Below are positions 1 through 8,700 of a stretch of DNA of 28,340 bases, one piece after another; within the stretch, counting starts at the first letter, position 1, and every line of letters begins with the position of its first letter. The notes beneath the pieces were generated by a model. The model was not told the DNA's origin. It did no database searches and saw only the letters and a list, made by a program, of their open reading frames with translations. Both the position numbers and the translations under genes were made by a program. The stretch comes from a virus (Duplodnaviria; Caudoviricetes), in the IMG/VR virus record IMGVR_UViG_3300005512_000251, positions 1-28,340 of that record. One strand, given 5' to 3'.

Positions 1-83
1 TGAATTGTTGGCATGATTTTTTCATAATCAAACTCATAATAATCTTTCCACACTAGTGGAGCATTCATAAACAATGGTTGCAT
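1..83 (-). CDS. N-terminal fragment of an ORF running off the window (MQPLFMNAPLVWKDYYEFDYEKIMPTI...), possibly another 2OG-Fe(II) oxygenase
   Basis: ATG at 81-83 (cat on +) opens a frame with no stop to position 1. It lies just downstream of an ATAAATA motif. Its N-terminus loosely resembles that of the 241-aa oxygenase (MFPQILGLYEYD). Too short to appear in the ORF track. Confidence 0.55.
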   Translation of the reverse strand, partial: MQPLFMNAPLVWKDYYEFDYEKIMPTI

Positions 84-105
84 AATAACAAAAATAATAT
101 ACTAA

Positions 106-113
106 TATTTATC
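106..113 (-). promoter_or_regulatory. T4-type late promoter candidate GATAAATA overlapping the stop codon of the 311-aa gene
   Basis: Reads tatttatc on +; matches the TATAAATA consensus at 7/8; about 22 nt upstream of the ATG at 83. Confidence 0.55.
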
Positions 114-1044
114 TTAACCAACCATGGATATAATATCCTCCTGGTTGTCCAGTTGAAATGCCATTTACCGCTTCATTAAAGTAAGTACATCCGCCAGCAG
201 TATTCCACCTGAATCCATATGAAGTTCCAGAACCACCAGTAAAATCTGCCCACACTTGAGTTCCACTGCAGTAAGTGTTATCATTTAGTGAAGTATTCCA
301 CGAAGATGGATATGTTCCAGTAGTAATGTTATACTTTGCCATGTCACCAGCGTTTGATGTGTTATTGCCATTTGTTGGATATGCTCTAGAACCACCTTTG
401 GATCTAATCAAATTGCCATTATTATATCCAGCATTGTAGTTTGGTATCAAAACCATTCCCCAAGCATCTGGATTATTAGTGGTGCTAGTCATATAGTTTA
501 GATCACTAGCAGCAAGAATCCAATCTCCACCACCAGTTGGTGCTCCTGGTGTTCCAGTTCCAGAATTACTAAATCCAGCATTGAAATTTGTGCCAGTTCC
601 TCTGTGTGCTGCTAGAGCAAACATTCTACCGCCGTGAGATTTGAAGTAAAGTTCTACTGAAGTAGAAGCACTAGTCTTCACATAATAAAGTCCATCTGGT
701 TGTCCATCAGCTTGAGAAACCCATTCGAATGGATTTGCTGCTGATCCATCAGGACCAGAGGAAAATTGGAATGCTGATACCCAACCAGGAGTTCCTGCGC
801 CATCGCTATCAGCAACATAAATTTCCATGCCACGATCTTCTTCCGTGGTATTATATCTGATAGCTCCAACTGGAACAGATCCAGAAGGTCTTTGAGATGT
901 TGTCCCAGTTGGAAGTGCCCAGTAACCAGTATTAGAACTTCCGTCTATGGGACCAGTGAGAGATAATCCAACTCCACCTGGAATTACAATACTTCCAGAT
1001 TCGCTGACAGTTGTTACTTCATCAACTTTAATCTTGCTAGCCAT
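109..1044 (-). CDS. Putative tail-fibre tip / adhesin protein (fibre linker module plus degenerate fibrinogen-like lectin domain)
   Basis: N-terminus MASKIKVDEV; fibre module LPTGTTSQRP...GAIRYNT...W; then PDGSAANPF...DGLYYVK...VELYF; Gly/Asn/Thr/aromatic-rich C-terminal domain ending GWLR. Same architecture as 1786..2796. Confidence 0.65.
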   Translation of the reverse strand: MASKIKVDEVTTVSESGSIVIPGGVGLSLTGPIDGSSNTGYWALPTGTTSQRPSGSVPVGAIRYNTTEEDRGMEIYVADSDGAGTPGWVSAFQFSSGPDGSAANPFEWVSQADGQPDGLYYVKTSASTSVELYFKSHGGRMFALAAHRGTGTNFNAGFSNSGTGTPGAPTGGGDWILAASDLNYMTSTTNNPDAWGMVLIPNYNAGYNNGNLIRSKGGSRAYPTNGNNTSNAGDMAKYNITTGTYPSSWNTSLNDNTYCSGTQVWADFTGGSGTSYGFRWNTAGGCTYFNEAVNGISTGQPGGYYIHGWLR

Positions 1045-1762
1045 TTGATACTACGAGAGAATATGGACCCTGATGAAGGTATTTAGGAACAAAATTCATA
1101 GAGATTGTAATTCTTCCATGATACCCTTTATCGTTTTCTGTTTCTCCTTCATCATCTCCAGATCCCAAACATGGGGCGTAAGCATGATGAAGTCCAGATT
1201 GCCAAATCAATAAATCACCTTCATCATATAAGTCACAAACATAGAAATCATTGTTGGCACTATTATACTTGTCTCGCTTTTGAAGAACAAGGTATGGTTG
1301 ATTATAAGAATTGGCGAAATTATGTGGATTTCTAAATGTTAGTCTAGAGTGATATTTTGGATTAAAACTCACATAATAAGTTCCAGAAAAAAATGAGTTG
1401 GCATGATTATGTGGTTGTTGAAAAGAATTTTGTTTTCCAACATTAATCCAACAATCAGTAACTATGTAACCCTTACATTCCTCTACTCGATATAAACATT
1501 CTTCCGAGTATTGATTTACGGATTCCATCAAAAAATTATAAAATGGTTTCAAATCGACCACTTCATTTTCAAATATTTTACTATCGGCAAAATTGAAGTA
1601 ATGAGTCAATCCATTATCAGTTTGAATGTACTCCTCTTTCGAACCCTTGTAATGTTCTATAATTTTTAAAACTTCTTTTTTGAAAGATTCTTTTTTGTCA
1701 TATTCATACAGTCCCAAAATTTGAGGGAACATGCCATAGCATTGATTTTTTACAATATCCAT
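1037..1762 (-). CDS. 2OG-Fe(II) oxygenase, TIGR02466 / 2OG-FeII_Oxy_5-like family
   Basis: Motifs WINV...FQQPHNHANSFFSGTYYV (HxH iron ligands), EGDLLIWQSGLHH (third His) and RITISMN (2OG-binding Arg). The family is common in cyanomyoviruses. Overlaps the next gene by 8 bp. Confidence 0.85.
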   Translation of the reverse strand: MDIVKNQCYGMFPQILGLYEYDKKESFKKEVLKIIEHYKGSKEEYIQTDNGLTHYFNFADSKIFENEVVDLKPFYNFLMESVNQYSEECLYRVEECKGYIVTDCWINVGKQNSFQQPHNHANSFFSGTYYVSFNPKYHSRLTFRNPHNFANSYNQPYLVLQKRDKYNSANNDFYVCDLYDEGDLLIWQSGLHHAYAPCLGSGDDEGETENDKGYHGRITISMNFVPKYLHQGPYSLVVSNG

Positions 1763-1785
1763 AATAATCTCAATAATGATAATAA

Positions 1786-2796
1786 TTATACTTTAAAGTA
1801 TACCTCTACGTCTAGTCTGCCTCTACTTACATAAGGACTTCCAGATGGACCCATTTGTAAAATTGATCCGTGGAACCATTGCTGGGACGACTGAGGACCA
1901 TTAGTTTCCCAATAAACTAGTCCTCTTCTATTGATAGCATTTGTAAATCCACCATAACCATCAGAGTTGTTACAGAAAGGAGAATTCCAAGCAATACCAG
2001 GGTAGTTAGTTCCACCACCAGTTCCGCCTGGTTCATATCTACAAGTATGTGGATTAGAAGATGTATTTGCCCTAAGCACCAATCCATTTGGACCAGTATT
2101 AGACATCTTCATGTATGTAATTTGTTCTCCAACAGTATTGTTATACGACGGCCAATTTCCTGTTGGTGCAGATCCTAATACGTTCCACATTGCTGCTTCT
2201 ACGCTATGAACTAGAATTACATTACTATCATCGGTTCTTCTCCACATCATTCTAGATGTAGTTCCTGCTCCTTGAATTTGCTTGGCAATATCAAATCTAG
2301 AGAATGAAGTTTGACCGTAAGATCTGTTATTGCTAACAGTTCCAAATACGTTGTATGGGACTAAAATACTATCACCACCAGGAGAAGTTGTGCTTCCAGC
2401 ATATCCAAACATCATCCATCCGCCACCATCAGTTTCCATATCAGTGTATAACTGATATACAGTTCCTCCAATGTTATAGTAGTAACTTCCTGATGTATAT
2501 GCTGGATAGTCTGCTTTGAGTTGTGTTCCACTAACAGCAGCTGTTCCAGGTGTTAATCCATCTGGAGCACTAGAAGAACCAGCTGCTAACCATTCTGTTC
2601 CATTATAATATTCAAGATATTCTTGTTCGGTATTATAACCAAACATTCCTGTTTCTGGTCCCGCTGGTCTGGTGGAATCTGTCCACAGTGGGAGTTTTAG
2701 AGTTCCTTCTACTTGAAGAGAATGACCCGAAGGAACTCTAATTTTATTTTGATAGGCACTAAGACCTTGAATGTCATGAACTGATAGTATACTCAT
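1786..2796 (-). CDS. Putative tail-fibre tip / adhesin with fibrinogen-C-terminal-like (FReD) lectin domain
   Basis: N-terminus MSILSVHDI...IRVPSGHSL; fibre module LPLWTDSTRP...GMFGYNT...EYYNGTEW; FReD-type signature SGSYYY...YQLYTDMETDGGGWMM. The ATG directly follows the TAA of the tail fibre gene. Confidence 0.7.
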   Translation of the reverse strand: MSILSVHDIQGLSAYQNKIRVPSGHSLQVEGTLKLPLWTDSTRPAGPETGMFGYNTEQEYLEYYNGTEWLAAGSSSAPDGLTPGTAAVSGTQLKADYPAYTSGSYYYNIGGTVYQLYTDMETDGGGWMMFGYAGSTTSPGGDSILVPYNVFGTVSNNRSYGQTSFSRFDIAKQIQGAGTTSRMMWRRTDDSNVILVHSVEAAMWNVLGSAPTGNWPSYNNTVGEQITYMKMSNTGPNGLVLRANTSSNPHTCRYEPGGTGGGTNYPGIAWNSPFCNNSDGYGGFTNAINRRGLVYWETNGPQSSQQWFHGSILQMGPSGSPYVSRGRLDVEVYFKV

Positions 2797-5700
2797 TTAT
2801 ACAATGCTCCAGGAAGCTCCGTCCGCAATAGTGATCGTATAGTTATTATTTATGGTGATTGGTCCAGCGGTCATAGCGTTTGTGTTTTGTGGAATGGTAA
2901 CATTCTCACCAATAGTATTTCTATTTGCCTTGAATATACCGTAAGTATCTAACCACTGCTTATCACCGTTGGCATATAGAATGCCAGTCATTCCAACCGT
3001 GCCTGTTACATCTAAATCATATGTGAGGTTGGTATTATTCGGTTTGTTGATACCAACCTTAGAACCTCTGTAGATATCAGTAGTGTTAGCAGTTTCGGTC
3101 CAACGTGAGGTAACAAATGGGTCTCCATCCTGATAGAGAGTTCCAGTGAAGTTGATGTTTCCGCCAACCTCTAACTTATAAGTAGCATCTACACTTGTTT
3201 GACCGATGGAAACATTACCAGCACCATCCATCAACAGACCAGCAACAGTTGCTAGTGTGAATGTAGTTCCGCCAGCAGCAGTGGATGGGGTAATTTCAAA
3301 CAGATCATTACCTGCTACTTGGTTACCAATTCTGAAGTTCTTGAATCCAGAAGAACCAGCGAAGACAATTGGAGCACCTGTGTTTCCAGAAGCATCATTG
3401 ATTTGAAGACTTGTTCTAACAAGAGCAGTTCCTCCTACATCAAATTTAAATCCACTAGAAGTATCAGTTCTTCCAACTGCCAATCTTTGATTTGTATTAT
3501 CAACAACAAACCAAGTATTGCCAGCATTAACTCCAACAAAAGTAGAAATTTGTTGGTTGGATCTTGTCATCTTAAACAGATTTCCGCCGCCAGCGTTTAC
3601 ATCGCTATATGCTTGCCAATACAACTCTTCAGAATTGGCACCCTGAACCCAACGTTTGTTGTTAGTAGTAGCATCAGTTTCTTCCCACATAATAAGTGGA
3701 GATGATGTCCTCAAGTGAAGTAATGTAGATGGCGAAGCGGTGCCAATTCCAACACGATTATTTGTAGCATCAACAACTAATGTATTAGTATCAACTGTTA
3801 GGTTGCTGCTCATCGTGACAGCGCCAGTAAATCCACCTGTGCCACCAACAATCAAGTTAGAGGATGCGCCAGACAAGATCAGAGATCCTGTCATAGTATC
3901 GCCTGCCTTCAGGACGTTGAGTGAAGAAGCACCAGTGATAGATGCTGTAATTGTTCCAGCAGAGAAGTTGCCAGAAGCATCACGAATAACAGCACTACTT
4001 GCTACGTTAGCACTGTTGAATGTTACATTACCAGCGTTCCAAACGACGTTGTTATTGACTTTGAAATCGTTAGCAGTTCCAACAGTAACATTTAGAGATC
4101 CGCTACCATTTGTAGCATTACCACCAGAAGCTTCAATCTTTGCGTTATAATCAGAAGCAGCGAGTGTGCTTGATCTGAAGAAGATACCAGGAGTTGATGC
4201 TGTGCCATCTGCTCTACCAAGAGTTAGTTTGGCAACACCACCATCACTCTCAAGAACAGCAGCCTCAAAGTTACCTGAGTTATTGAGGGTAAAGTCTTGG
4301 AATGCTACGTTAGTTCCAGCAGTTCCAATTCTTTCAGCACCAACAAAATTACCAGTTGTTAGTGATCCAGTAAGAATAGTGTAGTTATTGAAAGTATCAT
4401 TAGGATCGCTGTTAGTAACAACATTGGTGATTAGAATAGTTCCAACACCCTGAGAGTTAGCATTGTAAAGATTGACTGTTAGACCAGGAAGGAATGGTGT
4501 TGTTGTCAGGAGTTGATCTCTGATATAAACATCATATCTTGGTTGGTTATTAGTTTGTAGAACTCTTACTTGATTGTTGAAGTCCTTGGCAGTCTGATAT
4601 GTTGGAAGTCTATTATCACTGAGAATTCCATAATTTATGTTATATGCAATCTGATACCAGTGACCCTGGCGATTGTCTAGACGGTCAGCATCTAGTTCTG
4701 TTCCAGGACCATCATTCAGTGAAGTCCAAACTTTACCCCATGATCCAAATGTATTCAGGGTAGATCCTGAACCACGAATCCACATATTATCATTATCAGT
4801 AAATGCTAGTTGTCTTACACCACCGTAAGTAGCATCAAGACCAGAACCACCGTTTCTAATTGACAATACTAAGTGTCTAGAACCACCATCAACTAGAGTA
4901 TCAGCGGTGTTGTTCTTAGTATCAGCAATGATACCAGCAGAGAATGCGCTAGGTGCTGGGTTTGATGTTGGGTTGCTAACACCAGTGATAAGTCTTAGTG
5001 TATTACCAGACTGACCTGAAATACCAATGTTGTATGTTCCAGATAGTCTATCCGTTGGCAGTGTTCCAGAAGACAGGTTACCAGCGTTTGTGTAGAACGA
5101 GCCTTGTGCGCCATCGAGAAGGTCAGCATCGAGTCCGCTATCAGCACCTGTCTTGAGTTCTACTGATCCGTTACCAACAACTCCAAGATTGAACTGTGCT
5201 TTTTTGAATCTCGCAACACCAACTGTTCCATAGAGGTCAGAAGAAATTGTGTTGCCAGTAACTCTCTGAATATCAATAGAAGCATTAGCATACATTCTAT
5301 TGACAGTAGATACCTTAGCAGCAAGAACTAGAGATGATCCAGAACCAATTGCTGTTGGAGCATTGGTAACATTAAAGTCTCCAGTGTATCCAGTTCCACC
5401 GTCTGTTACAACTATCTCAGTAACTGCATTTCCAGATACTACAAGGTTTGCTCTTAGACCAGTTCCAGATCCACCTGAAAGTGATTGATCGAAATACTGA
5501 CCGTCTGTGAATCCAGTTCCACCATTTACAATAATTACATCATCAATAAATCCACCAGCAGTGAAGGTAGATTCTAGAACAAGTGGAGAAGCACCCCTAG
5601 CAAACTCAATAACAGATCCTGCTGGAATTGTTGCGGTAAGAGCAGAGCTTAGAGTGATTGTAGTAGTTCCAGCAGCAGTTAGAACTCCTGAGATAGTAGT

Positions 5701-8700
5701 GTTTGCTTGAATACCAGTGACACTGGCAACAACATCATGTCCTACAAGAACATCACCATTGCTGGCAAACTGCATCTGGTCGCTACCAGTATTTGCGTCT
5801 GCCGTTAGGATAGCAAAGTATCTGGTTTCTGCTCCCTTGAGAGATTGTAATGCCAGAGCAAAGTTCTGATCTCCCCTTAGGAATGTGAAGGAGTTAGCGG
5901 CTCCACCACTTGCTAGCCTATCGGTCTCGATAACACCTGATGTGATATCAGTTGCCGCAATCTGGTTGGATGATAGTGATACCCAGTTATTATTATCAAA
6001 CGAAGAGGTATTGACAACTCTGCTTAGATTTACAGTATTAGTGTTTGGATCAGCAGTGCTGTCATCGATATCGTCTGTATCAACAATCTTGATATTATTG
6101 ACGATATCGCCATAGAGTCTGCTTTCGATTAGACCGTTGGCAGTAGCACCATTACCATCACCAGTAATTGTGATAGATGGTGGAGTGGTGTATCCCTTAC
6201 CGCCAAGATAACCATTGAAATCTACGATCTCGATAGTTACAACTTGACCGTTGGCAATTGTAGTTACAGCAGATGCTTGAACTGCTCCTGGTTGTGGATT
6301 ACCACCAGAAATGGTAACAGTTGGTGGAGTTGTGTAACCAGAACCACCAGCAGTTAGATTGATTTGATAGAGGACACCCTCTCTATACTCAGTTGCTTGA
6401 ATCTGACCGCCTGTTACACTGCCAGTAAAGATATCCCCAGTATTAAATGCTAAGTTTGTATCAACACCAAATGCTAAGAACAAACTATCATTATCATTAT
6501 TCAGAATGAATGATGTAGAAGTATCTTGCTGAATTGCGATGTCACCAGCAAGTGCTCCTTCAATAGAAGTTCTTTCTGCTTCATCTGCAACAGTATAAAC
6601 TTGGAAAGGTCTGAGTGCTGGGATTTGATCTACTGAGATCTTGCCAGAATCGGTAAGTTCAACCAGTGCTCTAGGAACAGCATTGGTGGAGTATGGTTTG
6701 TTGATGTATGGTCCAAGGTTATTTGTGATATAATCCTTGACTGCCTTTTGAGTTGGTAGTAGTGAATCGGAAGATTGTGCGCCACCAAGGGTATTATCAG
6801 CAGAGAATCCAGTAACAACAATATCACCACCCTTCAGTTTGAGGAACTCAACCTCAGAGATGGTAACCGTTCCAGTAAAGGTAATAGCACCAGTTCTGTT
6901 CTCGATCTGTGCGAACGTTCCAACCTTGAAGTCTCCAAGTTCGTCTGTTCCAGAGCAATATACACGACCATAATTTTGAGATACTTGTTCATTTGCTGTA
7001 ATCTTAGTTCCACCGTTTTCTGGTAGAGCATTGTAGTTAGTTCCAGAACCAGCAAATTCCCAAGTATGTGATGAGCTATTGACGATTGATGGTCTATGTA
7101 ATCTTAGAGTAGCACCAGAGAATGTGCCAATGTTTGTTGATACAGCATTACCAGTGCTATCATCAATGAATGAACCAGGACTTCCTTGTCCGTCATCAAT
7201 TGTTAGCTGTGCTGAGAAAGGAGGTCCAACCGTTACAGCACCAACAGTTTCTACAAAATACTCAATGTCTGGATTGGAATTGCTATAACCATCAATCTTG
7301 ACAACATAATGTTCTAGTGGTTCTCTACCAAGACCATCAACTGTAAAAATTGTTCTACCTGTTGGTGTTTGAGAAACATTGGTAATCGTTCCAGCATCAA
7401 ACGAGTATGCTTCTTCTCTATAACCAGTTGCTCTGAGAGCAAAAATACCGAAGTTAGTTGCTGAGTTAGTGATAGAAGCATAACCACCAGTCTCTGCTAG
7501 AACACCATCAGCACAGAAGATAACGAAGACAGAAACCAACTGAGTATAACCATCGTTGATAACCTTATAACCTGTTCCTCCAAAGGATACAATGGTGAAT
7601 GCTGCGGCAACCATTGATTTACCCTGATTTGGGAATGTTGCCGAACCGTCAAGTTCTAGACCAGGGAAAGGACAGTTTGGTTGCTTGACCTTAGAACCAT
7701 CAATTAGAGCACCACCACCACCAAGGAACGAGATGATAGAGGAGTTTTGAGTGTATGGAGATGCCTCAATGATTGGATAATCATCGTAATCTGCTCTTAC
7801 GGTTACTACCTTATTATCAGCATCATAGATCGTTCCATCAGGATATGAGATGATATTGGAAGTATCGTATAGAGTTCCGTATGTTCTGGTTGTTGCTCCA
7901 GGTGCTATTGTTCCATCTAGGATATCTTCTAGAAGTGCCATCTCTGTATTGATAGCACTTTCAACACCAGCACAGATAGGAGTTGAAGCATCAACTAGAA
8001 TAGTATTGTCTGTGAATAGTGGAGTTGCTGAATATAATGGAGTATAAACAGGACCAGTTCCATCACCAGTCTTCCAATTACGCATTGCCAAGATGGCAAG
8101 TTCTTTTACTTTGGAGAATGCGTAGATTGTTGGTCCAAGTTCGCTCTGTGGAATACCTGTGAGTTCTGCCCCTGTGAAATAAAACTCAGCAGCATTCACA
8201 ATACCAGCATTACCACCTAATACAAGGTCTCTAATAAGTCCTTCTAGGATATATCCGATATCACGCTTACACTTAGTTTGATCATCAACCGAAAGACCGA
8301 GAGAAGGATATTCTGCTTCTGCGAGACCTAATGCTTCCTCAGCAATGAAGGTTTCGTTTCTAGCAATAAGATAAGCAGCATCTAGAACAGTTCCAGACGC
8401 ATTGTTTGCTAGAACATCAACAAAGAGATATGCTAGTGTGTTGATAGCAGATGCTACGTTAGCACAAGCTGGTGATGCTACATCATTAATAACTGTAGGA
8501 TCAAAGTATCTGGTTACAGAAGAATACTGTGGGGTATATACAGGATCAACTGGTGTTCCATTACCAGTTCTCCAGTTACGCATTGCGTAGATACAGAGTT
8601 CTCTGGCATACTCAAATGCTCTTACCGTCTCAATAATTTCAGTATCTACATATCCAATTTGTGTGCCCTGAATATAGTATTCTGCTGCCTCAATAACATT

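Noticed and set aside
109-2796. Diversity-generating retroelement acting on the lectin-like tip proteins
   Set aside because: No reverse transcriptase is present, and I saw no near-identical TR/VR nucleotide repeat pair in the window.
2794-2801. TATAAATG as a late promoter
   Set aside because: Fully explained by the Val codon, the TAA stop and the abutting ATG. A transcript from it would start inside the downstream CDS.
678-7055. Short out-of-frame minus-strand ORFs (678..869, 6630..6830, 6834..7055)
   Set aside because: Nested in well-supported genes, with no motifs and no frameshift or initiation signal seen.
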